Shown here piece by piece: positions 1-10,316 of a stretch of DNA of 64,000 bases. The position numbers were made by a program, and so were the translations under genes. This stretch comes from Candidatus Niyogibacteria bacterium. GTDB lineage: Bacteria > Patescibacteriota > Minisyncoccia > HO2-45-28. The number at the start of each line of letters is the position of its first letter. Position 1 is the stretch's first letter. Below the pieces are notes generated by a model, which worked only from the letters and a program-made list of their open reading frames with translations, was not told the DNA's origin and made no database searches. The stretch is from NCBI GenBank assembly GCA_016432485.1, contig CP066691.1:217294-281293 (forward strand), written 5' to 3'.

Positions 1-3
1 CTA

Positions 4-21
4 GTCCGCCAGCTGGCGGAC
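4..21. repeat. 18-bp perfect palindrome GTCCGCCAGCTGGCGGAC downstream of dnaJ (REP-like or terminator)
   Basis: Perfect inverted repeat read directly from the sequence. Confidence 0.7.
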
Positions 22-43
22 GGATTCCTGGTGGGCGGACACT

Positions 44-1123
44 TTATAACCCCTCTTTTTTCAATTCCTCAATAATTTCTCTGGCTTTTTTGGATAATTT
101 TTTGGGATTTTTGACTTTAACTCTGAAAAGCAAATCCCCTCTTCCTCCTCTTTGTTTAGGCACGCCGCGGCCGCGGACTCTTAAAATATTTTCAGAATCA
201 ACACCGGCAGGAATTTCTATTTTTATTTTTCCATCCAAGGCCTCTATCTCTTTTTTTGAACCAAGCAAAGCGTCGGTCAAAGAAACATCAACATCCGCCA
301 GCAAATTATCACCTTCGCGCCTGAATCTTTTGTGCGGTTCAACCTGAACTTTTACGTAAAGATCGCCCGACAAACCGTTTTGTTTAGCCTCGCCCGCGCC
401 GGTTATTCTTATCATTTCACCGTTATTTATGCCGGCCGGGACCGCGATTTCTATCTCGTCTTGCCTGCGGACTATACCCGCGCCTCCGCAGGTCTTGCAC
501 GGATTTTTAAACACCTCGCCGCGGCCGCGGCATTTCGGACATTCGGAAAGACTGGTAAAAGTTCCGAAGATAGACCTTTTTGTTTCGCGCACGGTTCCTG
601 AACCGGAACAAGTAATACAGCTTGACGCCTCATCGTCTTTTCCTCCGGTTCCGCGGCAAACCTGGCAAGAACTTTTTTTGGTCAAAAGAATTTTTCGCGT
701 CGTCCCAAAAATGGCGTCATGAAAAGGCAAAATAATATCAATTGAAATATCCCTCCCTCTTGACTGTCTCTGACGTCCCGAAAAATCGAAACCAAAAAAA
801 TTTTCAAAAATGTCGGCGAAGTCTCCTCCGACAGCGCCATTAAAACCGCCTCCGAAGTTTTTCCAGATTTCTTCAAAACCAAAATCACCCCTGCCTTGAA
901 ATCCTCCGGCTCCTCCCCCGGGAAAAGAGCCGAATTGGTCATATTCTTCTCTGCGCCGGTCGTCGCCCAGAACATAATAAGCTTCGTTTATATGCTTGAA
1001 TTCGGCATCACTCCCGCCGTTTTTATCCGGATGGTACTTATGAGCGAGGCGCCTATAGGCCTTTTTAATCTCTTCTTTTTCGGCGCCTTTTTCAACGCCA
1101 AGAACCTTATAATAATCTTTCAT
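44..1123 (-). CDS. dnaJ: Chaperone DnaJ
   Basis: J domain with HPD, G/F-rich region, four CxxCxGxG repeats; follows dnaK. Confidence 0.98.
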   Translation of the reverse strand: MKDYYKVLGVEKGAEKEEIKKAYRRLAHKYHPDKNGGSDAEFKHINEAYYVLGDDRRREEYDQFGSFPGGGAGGFQGRGDFGFEEIWKNFGGGFNGAVGGDFADIFENFFGFDFSGRQRQSRGRDISIDIILPFHDAIFGTTRKILLTKKSSCQVCRGTGGKDDEASSCITCSGSGTVRETKRSIFGTFTSLSECPKCRGRGEVFKNPCKTCGGAGIVRRQDEIEIAVPAGINNGEMIRITGAGEAKQNGLSGDLYVKVQVEPHKRFRREGDNLLADVDVSLTDALLGSKKEIEALDGKIKIEIPAGVDSENILRVRGRGVPKQRGGRGDLLFRVKVKNPKKLSKKAREIIEELKKEGL

Positions 1124-1136
1124 CTTAATTTAAAAT

Positions 1137-3047
1137 TTAGGGTTTAGAATTTTTGTCATCCACATTCTCGTGTTTAACGTCTTTCGTTTCGCCGTTATCG
1201 CCGTCTTTCTTGGAGTCCTCTTTTGGTTGGGCTTTATAAATGGCCTCTCCTATTTTTGAAAGCGAGCGCGATAATTCTTCGCCGGCTTTTTTGATTTCCG
1301 AGGCGTCCAAGCCGGAATCTTTTATTTTCTTGAGATTTTCAACGGCGTCTTCAACGGCTTTCTTTTCCGTTTCGCCAATTTTGTCTCCGGCGTCCCGCAC
1401 GGCCTTTTCGGCCGTGTAAATAAGAGCGTCGGCCGCGTTTCTGGAATCAATCAATTCCCTTTTTTTGCGGTCCTCGGCGGCATGGAGTTCGGCGTCTTTT
1501 TTCATCCGTTCAATGTCGTCTTTGGCCAGGCCCGAAGAGGCCTCAATGCGGATGGATTGCTCTTTGCCCGTGGCTTTATCTTTGGCTTTAACGTTCAAAA
1601 TGCCGTTGGCGTCAATGTCAAAAGACACTTCAACTTGTGGCAAACCCCTGGGCGCGGGCGCAATGCCATCAAGAATGAACTTGCCAAGAGTCTTATTATC
1701 TTGAGCCATTTCGCGCTCCCCCTGCAAAACATGAATTTCTACTTGCGTCTGGTTGTCGGCGGCGGTTGAAAAAACCTGTGAGCGCGAAACCGGAATCGTG
1801 GTATTTTTTTCTATTATTTTGGTTGAAACTCCGCCCAAAGTTTCTATTCCCAAAGAAAGCGGAGTTACGTCCAAAAGCAAAACGTCCTTGACATCACCCT
1901 GCAATATCCCTCCTTGCGCCGCAGCTCCTGCCGCTACGACTTCATCAGGATTTATAGTCTTATTGGCCTCTTTCCCGAAAAGATTTTTTACGGCTTCCTG
2001 CATCGCGGGCATCCGCGTCTGTCCTCCCACCAAAACAATCTCGTTGATATCCGAAAGTTTAAGGCCGGCGGCTTCAATGGCCCTTCGCGTAATTTCAATG
2101 GATTTGTTTATGTATTCTACGACTAGTGATTCAAGCTTTGCCCTGCTGAATTTCAAAAGAAGATGTTTGGGGCCAGCTGAGTCCGAAGTGATAAAAGGAA
2201 TATTAATTTCGGTTTCGGCTGTACTTGAAAGTTCGTGTTTTGCTTTTTCGGCTGCCTCCCTAAGCCGCTGCAAAGCCAGAGTGTCTTTGGCAATATCTAT
2301 CCCCGAATCTTTCTTAAACTCGCTGATAATCCAGGAAATTATTTTTTGGTCAAAATCGTCCCCTCCCAAATGGGTATCGCCGTCCGTGGCTCGAACTTCA
2401 ATGGTATTATCCCCTATTTCAAGAACCGAGACGTCAAAAGTTCCGCCGCCAAAATCATAGACAACGATTTTTTCGTCCTTTTTCCGATTGAGGCCGTAGG
2501 CCAGCGCGGCGGCCGTCGGCTCATTCAAAATCCGGCGGACCTTGAATCCGGCTATTTCACCGGCGTCTTTAGTGGCTTTGCGCTGCGAATCGTCAAAATA
2601 CGCCGGAACCGTGATTATGGCTTCATCTATTTTTTCTCCGAGTTTGGCTTCGGCATCCGACTTAAGTTTAGCCAAAACCATTGCCGAAATTTCCTCGGGC
2701 CTGAACCATTTTTCTTCTCCGGAAGATGCGGACATTTTAACCTCAACTCCGCCGTTGGCTGATTCGCGTAATTCGTAGGGTAGGAGAGCTTTATCATGCC
2801 GAACCTCTTCATCCTTGAATTTCCTCCCTATCAGGCGCTTTACCGAAAAAATTGTATTTTTAGGGTTGGTTACGGACTGCCGTTTGGCCAAAAGACCCGC
2901 CAAACGATCACCGGTTTTGGAAATCGCGACAATTGACGGCGTGGTCCTGTTGCCCTCCGAGTTTTCTATGATTCTGGGTTCTCCGGCTTCAACAAAAGCC
3001 ATAGCCGAATTAGTAGTGCCCAAATCTATGCCTAAAATTTTTGCCAT
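1137..3047 (-). CDS. dnaK: Chaperone DnaK (Hsp70)
   Basis: [23 protein letters not shown] motifs. Confidence 0.99.
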   Translation of the reverse strand: MAKILGIDLGTTNSAMAFVEAGEPRIIENSEGNRTTPSIVAISKTGDRLAGLLAKRQSVTNPKNTIFSVKRLIGRKFKDEEVRHDKALLPYELRESANGGVEVKMSASSGEEKWFRPEEISAMVLAKLKSDAEAKLGEKIDEAIITVPAYFDDSQRKATKDAGEIAGFKVRRILNEPTAAALAYGLNRKKDEKIVVYDFGGGTFDVSVLEIGDNTIEVRATDGDTHLGGDDFDQKIISWIISEFKKDSGIDIAKDTLALQRLREAAEKAKHELSSTAETEINIPFITSDSAGPKHLLLKFSRAKLESLVVEYINKSIEITRRAIEAAGLKLSDINEIVLVGGQTRMPAMQEAVKNLFGKEANKTINPDEVVAAGAAAQGGILQGDVKDVLLLDVTPLSLGIETLGGVSTKIIEKNTTIPVSRSQVFSTAADNQTQVEIHVLQGEREMAQDNKTLGKFILDGIAPAPRGLPQVEVSFDIDANGILNVKAKDKATGKEQSIRIEASSGLAKDDIERMKKDAELHAAEDRKKRELIDSRNAADALIYTAEKAVRDAGDKIGETEKKAVEDAVENLKKIKDSGLDASEIKKAGEELSRSLSKIGEAIYKAQPKEDSKKDGDNGETKDVKHENVDDKNSKP

Positions 3048-3068
3048 AATAATTTTTATTTTTAAATT

Positions 3069-3611
3069 TTATTTTTTAACTTGAAACTTTCCTATTTTAA
3101 CTTTAGCCGGCCTTAAAATCTTATCATGAATTTTATATCCCTTTTGAACAACCCGCAAAACAATTTGGTCCTTATCTTTGTCCAAAACTTCTTCTTCGGC
3201 AACGCTTTCGTGCTCGGCCGGATTGAAAATTTCGTCTTCAACTTCCAGCTCTCTGACGCCGCAGCCGCGCATTATCTGCAAAAGCTGATTACGGATATGG
3301 CGCAAACCATCTTTCCACCCGTCTTCCGGACCAGGTTCGGCCAAAGCTTTTTCAAAACTGTCCAAAACGTTAAGCATTTCGTATAAAAGCATGCTGTTGG
3401 CGTATTTTACGATATCCTCTCCGGCTTTTTCCTCATCCTTGCGGCTGTTTATCAAGTCGGCCTTGGCTCTTTGCCATCCGGCAAGGAATTCGGCGGAATT
3501 TTTACGGCATTCTTTCAGTTCATCTTTTAATTTCTTAACTTTGTTTTCGGCTTCGGGCCCAAATTCTTCTTCAATGATTTCCGGATCAATATTTTCTTCG
3601 TTTTTTTTCAT
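3069..3611 (-). CDS. grpE: Nucleotide exchange factor GrpE
   Basis: QRAKADLIN, FNPAEHE, QKGY...LRPAKV; upstream of dnaK. Confidence 0.97.
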   Translation of the reverse strand: MKKNEENIDPEIIEEEFGPEAENKVKKLKDELKECRKNSAEFLAGWQRAKADLINSRKDEEKAGEDIVKYANSMLLYEMLNVLDSFEKALAEPGPEDGWKDGLRHIRNQLLQIMRGCGVRELEVEDEIFNPAEHESVAEEEVLDKDKDQIVLRVVQKGYKIHDKILRPAKVKIGKFQVKK

Positions 3612-3615
3612 TTAT

Positions 3616-4305
3616 TTAAAATTCATCCAAAAAATAATTTATGTAATTGGAAACTCTTTCATAATTCATTCTTTTGGGGCCTATCAGCAAAATTGTCTGC
3701 CGCCGGCCGCCCCTTCGCGAATCCAGATAACAGACGCCGAATTCCTGGCTATGACTTATCGGATTCTCGCGGCCGATAAAAACTTCACGATTATTTCCGG
3801 CCCGCGCGCGATAAAGACTCATTATATCTTCAACGTTATCAATAAGATAACCGGCATCACGCACCGATTCGTTATTTTGAAACTCAGGCTCTTTAAGTAA
3901 ATTTGAAAATCCGCATCCCTCAAAATGTTTATCATCGTCGGAAAGTAAACTCAAAAGGCGGAGTGATTCGGAAAAAACGCGCCCGATATTTTCATTTTCG
4001 CGCAATGCCGCCTGCCGTATTCTTGAAGCAACATTGATATTAAGATCGTGCTCGGACATTAAATTATCCACGAAGTAACGATAAGCTTTATCGGTCGGGA
4101 TGCGTCCGGATGAAATGTGGGGCTGTTCAAAAAAACCGTCTTCGTCCAAATCAGCCACGATATTGCGTATGGTGGCCGGACTTTCTTTAAGATTCATTCC
4201 TTCGCGTATGCGCAAAGACGAAACAGGCTCGGCCGTCTTTATGAAATCGCGAACAAGAAAATCCAGAATTCTGCTTTCTCGTTCATTAAGCAATATATCC
4301 GGCAT
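3616..4305 (-). CDS. hrcA: Heat-inducible repressor HrcA, shortened; probable start ATG 4305
   Basis: SPATIRN, QPHISSGRIPTDKAYRYFVD, IGPKRMNY motifs; CIRCE directly upstream. Confidence 0.95.
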   Translation of the reverse strand: MPDILLNERESRILDFLVRDFIKTAEPVSSLRIREGMNLKESPATIRNIVADLDEDGFFEQPHISSGRIPTDKAYRYFVDNLMSEHDLNINVASRIRQAALRENENIGRVFSESLRLLSLLSDDDKHFEGCGFSNLLKEPEFQNNESVRDAGYLIDNVEDIMSLYRARAGNNREVFIGRENPISHSQEFGVCYLDSRRGGRRQTILLIGPKRMNYERVSNYINYFLDEF

Positions 4306-4314
4306 ATAATCTCC

Positions 4315-4351
4315 ATTATACAAATTAGCACTCTTATGTCAAGAGTGCTAA
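4315..4351 (-). promoter_or_regulatory. CIRCE operator (4325-4351) overlapping a consensus sigma70 promoter TTGACA-16nt-TATAAT
   Basis: Exact TTAGCACTC-N9-GAGTGCTAA; the -35 lies in the CIRCE spacer and the -10 is 9 nt before the hrcA ATG. Confidence 0.97.
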
Positions 4352-4413
4352 CCGGAGTTAATCTCCTTCTTCAGACAACTGCGTTAACAAAAGCCGAATT
4401 GCAATGAGTCTCG

Positions 4414-4443
4414 CCCCGTTAGATAAGAAGTTATCTAATGGGG
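4414..4443. repeat. 30-bp palindromic element CCCCGTTAGATAA-gaag-TTATCTAATGGGG abutting an orphan CIRCE half-site (4448-4456)
   Basis: 13-bp arms with one mismatch; gtcaagagtgctaa occurs at both 4338-4351 and 4443-4456. Confidence 0.7.
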
Positions 4444-4529
4444 TCAAGAGTGCTAAAATCTTTACTTTTATCGCATTTCTTGATATAATCTTCCCAGATT
4501 GATTTTCATTCAGAAGGAGGGCATTCCCC

Positions 4530-4970
4530 TTGAATAAGTACTGGACGAAAAGGGATGTATCGAAAGCAAAATCAGCCGAAACATTTGAGAAGCTCGCCGA
4601 AGTTGCTTTAAGAATAATTGACCGAATGCCCCAACCGGCTGAAATGGTCTGCGGCCCCCTGACCTCGGGCGGACTCGGGTCTTTAACAAAAAATACAAAA
4701 GCGCTCCGAAAATACATAAAAAAACTGGCCTCGGAAGGAAGAATCGTGTTCGATCAATTGCCTTTTGAGCCGCACCTGCATCGTATTGCCAAATCAGCGC
4801 GCCGCGAAGATGAAAACCGTCTGCTTGAAAAATTTTACGGCTCTATTTTCAAATCCGGAAAAGTAAAAAAACTTGATTTCATTCCGGGCTGGCAAAGTTC
4901 GGCTGGCGCGACATGGGAAAGAAAAATGGCCAAAAAGCTAAAAATAAAAACAGAGGACATAAAACCTTAA
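4530..4970 (+). CDS. DUF4406 / nucleoside 2-deoxyribosyltransferase-like protein
   Basis: CGPLTSG at the N-terminus and FIPGWQSSAGATWERKMAKKL at the C-terminus resemble DUF4406; followed by a terminator. Confidence 0.65.
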   Translation: MNKYWTKRDVSKAKSAETFEKLAEVALRIIDRMPQPAEMVCGPLTSGGLGSLTKNTKALRKYIKKLASEGRIVFDQLPFEPHLHRIAKSARREDENRLLEKFYGSIFKSGKVKKLDFIPGWQSSAGATWERKMAKKLKIKTEDIKP

Positions 4971-4994
4971 ACCCTCCGCCATGCGGAGGGTTTT
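4969..4994. terminator. Probable bidirectional intrinsic terminator between convergent genes
   Basis: aaaccctccgc-cat-gcggagggtttt. Confidence 0.75.
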
Positions 4995-5013
4995 GCGTTT
5001 TATCGGCCGCGAA

Positions 5014-5487
5014 TTATCGTTTGCTCCACTGCGGCGCTTTACGGGCTTTCTTCAGTCCGAATTTACGGCGTTCTTTCATCCGGGGGTCGCGCTTCAAAAA
5101 ACCAACCCTCTTAAGCTTCTTCTTTAACTCGGCGTCTTGCAGAACCAGAGCCCGCGCGAGAGCGTGCCTTACGGCTTCGGCTTGCGAATGCGAACCGCCT
5201 CCGAACACTTTTACCGAAGCGGAAAGAGAGCCGTCAAGTTTGGTTTTCTTAAAAGGATCTTCAACTATCCGCCGTGTCTCTTCCGTGGGAAAATAGCTCT
5301 GCAAATCTCGGTCGTTTATTTTTATCTCGCCTCTGCCCGAAAAAACGCGGGCTCTTGCCGTTGAAGTTTTCCTGCGGCCCACGGCTTCGGTGTATCGCCC
5401 GGCTTTAATAACCGGAGCTGTTTCGGCCGTCTTTTTTATGGCGGTCTTTTTTCCAATTTTTGCGATTTTTGCTTTTTTTACCGGCAT
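5014..5487 (-). CDS. rpsI: 30S ribosomal protein S9
   Basis: GRRKTSTAR, RDPRMKERRKFGLKKARKAPQWSKR. Confidence 0.99.
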   Translation of the reverse strand: MPVKKAKIAKIGKKTAIKKTAETAPVIKAGRYTEAVGRRKTSTARARVFSGRGEIKINDRDLQSYFPTEETRRIVEDPFKKTKLDGSLSASVKVFGGGSHSQAEAVRHALARALVLQDAELKKKLKRVGFLKRDPRMKERRKFGLKKARKAPQWSKR

Positions 5488-5849
5488 TATGAAAAAATAA
5501 TATTTTTTATAAAATCTCTGCGTAATTTGTTATTCGGCAACATGCCCTTAACCGCTTTGATAAAAACTTCTTTGGGATTTTTTTTATAAAGTTCGCCGAG
5601 CGTAATTTTCTTAAGGCCCGACGGATAACCGCTGTAGCGTTTATACGATTTTTGGCCCGCTTTCTTATCGCTTATCCTTAGTTGATCCAGATTTTTTATT
5701 TCAATCTTAATTTTTGCTTTCTTATTGGGTGCAAAGTCCGCGCTGTTTTTCCCTCTCAAGGCCGCGGCAACGGCTGAAGACGCGCGTCCCAAGGACGCAC
5801 CTTTTAAATCTATAACAACTACTTTTTGGCTGTTTTTTGTCTCGGGCAT
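5487..5849 (-). CDS. rplM: 50S ribosomal protein L13 (short form)
   Basis: LGRAS, LRGK, YSGYPSGLK, AVKGMLP; adjacent to rpsI. Confidence 0.96.
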   Translation of the reverse strand: MPETKNSQKVVVIDLKGASLGRASSAVAAALRGKNSADFAPNKKAKIKIEIKNLDQLRISDKKAGQKSYKRYSGYPSGLKKITLGELYKKNPKEVFIKAVKGMLPNNKLRRDFIKNIIFS

Positions 5850-5855
5850 ATTTAT

Positions 5856-6203
5856 TTATTTTACAAATTCCAAAATCGCCATCTCGGCTTTATCATGTTC
5901 CCTGCGTCTGGTACGCGTAATTCTGGTATATCCGCCGCGGCGATTTTTAAATGCCTGCGAGATTTCCAAAATTTTAGAGGTCTGGGACGGCGTAAGCCAA
6001 AACATTATTTCGCGCCGCTTGGACAGTCCCCCTTTTTTCGCTTTGGTCACCAGTTTTTCGGCCAATGACCCCACCGTTTTCGCTCTGGCTAAAGTGGTTT
6101 CTATTTTGCCGCGTTCAACGAAAGAACGCAACACCGACTTTAAAAAAGCCTTGCGCGTTTTTCTCACTCGTCCGAATTTCCTGCCTTTTTTACGATGACG
6201 CAT
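5856..6203 (-). CDS. rplQ: 50S ribosomal protein L17
   Basis: MRHRKKGRKFGR, IETTLARAK, RRGGYTRI. Confidence 0.99.
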   Translation of the reverse strand: MRHRKKGRKFGRVRKTRKAFLKSVLRSFVERGKIETTLARAKTVGSLAEKLVTKAKKGGLSKRREIMFWLTPSQTSKILEISQAFKNRRGGYTRITRTRRREHDKAEMAILEFVK

Positions 6204-6227
6204 GCAAATTTTTTTAAATTCCTTAAC

Positions 6228-7202
6228 TTAATCCTTAAGAGTTAGTCCCAACTTGCCAACCGCCCTTTTTATCTCGGTCAAAGCCTTTTCGCCTATGCCT
6301 TCTAAACTCATCAGGTCGCGGGATGTTCTGCGCACCAAACCGCCAACGGTTCTTATGCTGGCTTCCGTTAGCGCCTTGGTTATGCGCTCGGACAAATCCA
6401 AATCTTCAATCCGGACTTTATTTCTGTCTTCCCCTGCAACTTCGCTTTCCGAAAGCTCCGCCTCTTTTTTCGGCTGTTCATCCGCCACTTTTTCAATTTC
6501 TTCTTCCGGCTCTTTAAAACCAACAATGGCTTTCAGCTGGTTAATCATAATTTTAATAGCTTCCTCCAGAGCCAGGCGAGGAACAATGGTGCCATCCGTC
6601 TGAATGGAAAGACGCAGACGATTAAAATCGGTGCGATCTCCCACGCGCATATTTTCCACCTCGTAATTTACCCGGCGAATTGGAGTAAAAACGGCATCCA
6701 GCACAACTTCGCCGACTTCGGCCTTTTCTTTCTGCAAAACATCTCTGGGCACATAGCCCAAGCCCCTTTCAACGATTAATTCCATTTCAAGCGCGGCGCT
6801 TTTGTCAGTAAGAGTAGCTATAATCTGGTCGGGGTTCGCAATTTCAATTTGCCCGGGCAAATCCAAGTCCTCGGCCTTAATAATTTTGGCCCCCTTGGTT
6901 TTTAATTTAACGGTTTGAGTTTCATCGGTAGCCATTCTGAAACGAAGCTTCTTAAGATTGAGCAAAATGGCGATAACATCTTCTTTTACGCCGGGAATGG
7001 TTGAAAATTCATGCGCCACACCCTCAATTTTTACTTTGGTAACCGCGGCTCCGGGCAGAGAAGACAAAAGAATGCGCCGCAAACTATTGCCTAAAGTATG
7101 GCCGTACCCGGGGTAAAGGCCGTCAATTTCATAAACGCCCTTGTCGGACGATTCCTCCGAAACTATTCTGGGCTTTGATGGCAAAACGATTGAAACTTCC
7201 AT
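6228..7202 (-). CDS. rpoA: RNA polymerase alpha subunit
   Basis: GYGHTLGNSLRRILLSSLPG, DAVFTPIRRVNY. Confidence 0.99.
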   Translation of the reverse strand: MEVSIVLPSKPRIVSEESSDKGVYEIDGLYPGYGHTLGNSLRRILLSSLPGAAVTKVKIEGVAHEFSTIPGVKEDVIAILLNLKKLRFRMATDETQTVKLKTKGAKIIKAEDLDLPGQIEIANPDQIIATLTDKSAALEMELIVERGLGYVPRDVLQKEKAEVGEVVLDAVFTPIRRVNYEVENMRVGDRTDFNRLRLSIQTDGTIVPRLALEEAIKIMINQLKAIVGFKEPEEEIEKVADEQPKKEAELSESEVAGEDRNKVRIEDLDLSERITKALTEASIRTVGGLVRRTSRDLMSLEGIGEKALTEIKRAVGKLGLTLKD

Positions 7203-7228
7203 AAAATTATTTTATTTTATAATTTTTA

Positions 7229-7852
7229 TTAACGCGAATAAAATTCAATAACCGAGTTGAGGTTTGCGCCGGTATCAACCTCAGCGCTTGACGGCAGGGC
7301 GACTATTCGGCCTTCACGTTTGCCCTGATCCAAAGAAAGCCATGACGGAATCTGAGATTTTTTCAAACGCAAATCCAAATCGCGGAAAATGCCCCGGTCC
7401 AGACTTTGAGGCCTCAAGGACACGATTTTCCCGACCTTGAGCTGGCGAGAAGGAATTGTTGTCCTTTTGCCGTCAACTAAAATATGGCCGTGCCCGACCA
7501 TCTGGCGTGCGGCGTTTCTTGATGTCGCAAAGCCGAGGCGATAAACCACATTATCCAGCCTTGTTTCCAAAAGTTCAATGATGCGCCTTGAAGTTTCGGC
7601 GCTTTTGGCGGCAATAGCTTTTGAAACCAGATTTCCGAACTGCTTTTCCCTCAAACCGTACAGAAATTTAACCTTCTGCTTTTCTTTAAGCTGACTGCCG
7701 TATTCCGAAGACGCCGAACGCCTGCGCGAGCCGGCCTTTGAACGTCCATGCACTCCCGGCGGATAAGGTTTTCGCTTTAAAGCGCAATTTTGGCGGCCGC
7801 AAACTGAAAATCCAAGCCTACGGCATATTTTACAAGTAATTCTAGAAGTCAT
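7229..7852 (-). CDS. rpsD: 30S ribosomal protein S4
   Basis: CKICRR, PPGVHG, LETRLDNVVYRLG. Confidence 0.99.
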   Translation of the reverse strand: MTSRITCKICRRLGFSVCGRQNCALKRKPYPPGVHGRSKAGSRRRSASSEYGSQLKEKQKVKFLYGLREKQFGNLVSKAIAAKSAETSRRIIELLETRLDNVVYRLGFATSRNAARQMVGHGHILVDGKRTTIPSRQLKVGKIVSLRPQSLDRGIFRDLDLRLKKSQIPSWLSLDQGKREGRIVALPSSAEVDTGANLNSVIEFYSR

Positions 7853-8283
7853 ACTCGCCTTGGTTTAGGGGGTCTGGGACCGTTATGAGGAATCGGCGTC
7901 ACATCTCTAATGACGTCTAAGTTTATATTTTGGCCCAAAAAAGAGCGAACCGCGGATTCTCTGCCGGCACCAACTCCTTTAACATTTATATTTACGCTTT
8001 TTAAACCTATCATCTTTGCCTTTTCAGCTACAAGCTCGGCGACTTTGGAAGCCGCATAAGGAGTGCCCTTTCTGGCGCCCTTAAAACCTAAAGACCCGCT
8101 TGATGCCCATATAATCGCGTTTCCTTTTTCATCAGTAAGCGTCAGCATGGTGTTATTATAGGTCGCCTGGATATTTAAAACTCCCTTTTCCAGCTTTTTT
8201 TTGGGCAAACGCCCCACGGCGCGAGCCCTTAACTCGTGGTCCACTCCTCCGGTTGTCTTTTTTATAACTCGTTTTTTTCCCAT
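7849..8283 (-). CDS. rpsK: 30S ribosomal protein S11
   Basis: ATYNNT, GFKGARKGTPYAA, DVTPIPHNG. Confidence 0.99.
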   Translation of the reverse strand: MGKKRVIKKTTGGVDHELRARAVGRLPKKKLEKGVLNIQATYNNTMLTLTDEKGNAIIWASSGSLGFKGARKGTPYAASKVAELVAEKAKMIGLKSVNINVKGVGAGRESAVRSFLGQNINLDVIRDVTPIPHNGPRPPKPRRV

Positions 8284-8289
8284 GTTCTC

Positions 8290-8676
8290 TTATTTCTTCT
8301 CAACCTTGCGTTTTCCGCTAATGGCCGTGCGACGGACATTGCCCCTTCTGGTTCGCGAATTAGTGCGCGTCCTTTGACCGCGAACCGGCAAATTTTTGGA
8401 ATGGCGCATCCCGCGATAACTTTTAATGTCTTTGAGACGTTTTATGTCCGATGATATTTTACGGCGCAAATCCCCCTCAACCCGATGGGATTTTTCTAGA
8501 ATAGAGCGGATGCGGTTCAGCTCGTCGGCCGTAAGGGCGCCGGCTTGTTTAGCGGGGTCAATCTTGGCCTCATTTAATATCTTTACGGCCAGAGTTTTAC
8601 CGACGCCGTAAATATACGGAAGAGAGAACTCCGCGCGCTTTTTATCTGGTATATTGACCCCAGCTATTCTAACCAT
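8290..8676 (-). CDS. rpsM: 30S ribosomal protein S13
   Basis: RIAGVNIP, LPVRGQRTRTNSRTR. Confidence 0.99.
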   Translation of the reverse strand: MVRIAGVNIPDKKRAEFSLPYIYGVGKTLAVKILNEAKIDPAKQAGALTADELNRIRSILEKSHRVEGDLRRKISSDIKRLKDIKSYRGMRHSKNLPVRGQRTRTNSRTRRGNVRRTAISGKRKVEKK

Positions 8677-8683
8677 AAAAAAA

Positions 8684-8797
8684 TCAACCCTGTTTCTGCT
8701 TATGCTTGGGATTTGAACAAATTATGCGCACCCGACCCTTGCGCCTTACAACTTTGCACTTCATACATATTGGTTTAACCGATGCCCTGACTTTCAT
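8684..8797 (-). CDS. rpmJ: 50S ribosomal protein L36 (not in ORF track)
   Basis: Manual translation [37 protein letters not shown]; ATGA overlap with infA. Confidence 0.97.
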   Translation of the reverse strand: MKVRASVKPICMKCKVVRRKGRVRIICSNPKHKQKQG

Positions 8798-9015
8798 AAT
8801 CTTTGTATTATTCGGCCCCTGGTCTGATCATAAGGGCTTAATTCAAGCTTTACTTTATCGCCAATCAGAACTTTTATTCTGAAATGGCGCATCTTGCCGG
8901 CAAGATATGCCAGCAATACCGGACCGTCATCAAGCTGTACACGGAACATAGTGTCCGGCAAAGCTTCAATAACAGTTCCAAGCTTAATTTCCTTATTTTC
9001 TTTATCTGCGGCCAT
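8794..9015 (-). CDS. infA: Translation initiation factor IF-1
   Basis: [23 protein letters not shown]. Confidence 0.99.
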   Translation of the reverse strand: MAADKENKEIKLGTVIEALPDTMFRVQLDDGPVLLAYLAGKMRHFRIKVLIGDKVKLELSPYDQTRGRIIQRL

Positions 9016-9065
9016 TAAAATATACAGATTCTATCCTAAATCAAAAGAATAATTAAGTCAAGCCT

Positions 9066-10316
9066 TTAATAGGAACCGGATATAAGCACCTTATCGGCTG
9101 TATCCGGAAAAATTCTCCACCAAGACGGCTTATAAAATATTTCCGCCCTTCTTATTTGCGGATAACGCTCAAAAATTTTCAGTCTTTCGGCAGCCCCGGC
9201 GGCCAAAGCCAGCTCTTCGGCCAAACGCGGCGATTCAATATTCCAGACGGCTTTTGCCGAACCGGCCACCGTTAATTTCAACGCCGATGAATTAAAATCC
9301 ACGTTTGCCGCCAAAACTTTCAAGTCTCCAAAATTAGGTATATCAATGCTGTTAAAATCCGGATCGCTTTTATAGCCGTCCAAAATTTTATTTTTAATGT
9401 CGCCTCTGCGGATGAAAATGGCTTTTAAATTGCCTTCAAGCGTCAGTTTAAATTCGTCGGCTTTGGATTTTATCGCCGGTTCAACCGAAACAACTTTTAT
9501 TTCATACTGGTAAGCCCCTTCCGGCACTAAAAATTCACCCGGAATTTCGGATTGCATTTTGGAATAAAGATCGCTTCTTAATTTTTCTTCCATTGTCTTC
9601 TTCAGCGCTTCAACGTCATTTTCAGAAACGACATTGGCTCTTCCCGTAAAACCTCCGGACATGGGCGTTTTGGAACGAGCGTAAAATTTGCCGTATTTAA
9701 GACTGCCGCTAAACCCCGGAACACTGAAATCATTAAGCCCTATATTATATTCTTCGCCAGCCTTATCGGCAAAAACCCGAACTTCCAAAGAACTCGGCTC
9801 TATCTTGCCGTCAATAATTTTCGCGCCCGGAACGACGATTTCTTTCGCTATCCTGTAAATTTTTCCGTCTGTGGATTCAAAACGGGTTTGGGCGACTAAA
9901 ATCTGCGGCTCGGAACTGTAGGCATTATAAATGATAACTAATCCGGAGGCTTTTTCGCTAAAATCTTTGGATTCGGAGGTCAAAGCATTTGACTCGGCAT
10001 GATTTTGAAAAACAACCTTCTCGGCCGGCATTTCTGATCCGGCGCTCCCAGCGGATAAAACGCGATTGACGTCAAAATCTTCGTTTTTCAAAACCACATT
10101 GACTTCGGCTCTGGAAAAAAAGTTAAGCGTCGCCAGAATTGCGGCGTACAAAATAACGAAAGAAACAATAAACTTGAAACGACTGGGCCTTATTTTTATT
10201 GCCTTTCTTTTTACTTCCTCCTTTCTTTTTTCCGGTTTTTCCGGAGGCCTCGCGGAAGTAGCGGCCGGAATAATATCCCGAATAAAATTATTATTTTGCG
10301 GCATAATTTGCGGCAT
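9066..10316 (-). CDS. Single-pass membrane protein with a large extracellular beta-rich domain (baseplate-J-like by resemblance)
   Basis: Transmembrane helix near residue 50-66; KASGLVIIYNAYS...QTRFES...ADKAGEEYNI; overlaps the FtsA-like gene. Confidence 0.6.
   Translation of the reverse strand: MPQIMPQNNNFIRDIIPAATSARPPEKPEKRKEEVKRKAIKIRPSRFKFIVSFVILYAAILATLNFFSRAEVNVVLKNEDFDVNRVLSAGSAGSEMPAEKVVFQNHAESNALTSESKDFSEKASGLVIIYNAYSSEPQILVAQTRFESTDGKIYRIAKEIVVPGAKIIDGKIEPSSLEVRVFADKAGEEYNIGLNDFSVPGFSGSLKYGKFYARSKTPMSGGFTGRANVVSENDVEALKKTMEEKLRSDLYSKMQSEIPGEFLVPEGAYQYEIKVVSVEPAIKSKADEFKLTLEGNLKAIFIRRGDIKNKILDGYKSDPDFNSIDIPNFGDLKVLAANVDFNSSALKLTVAGSAKAVWNIESPRLAEELALAAGAAERLKIFERYPQIRRAEIFYKPSWWRIFPDTADKVLISGSY

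Noticed and set aside
2716-2733. SASSGE segment in DnaK as a decayed TCCGCC...GGCGGA palindrome
   Set aside because: Plausible, but too degenerate to support without an alignment.
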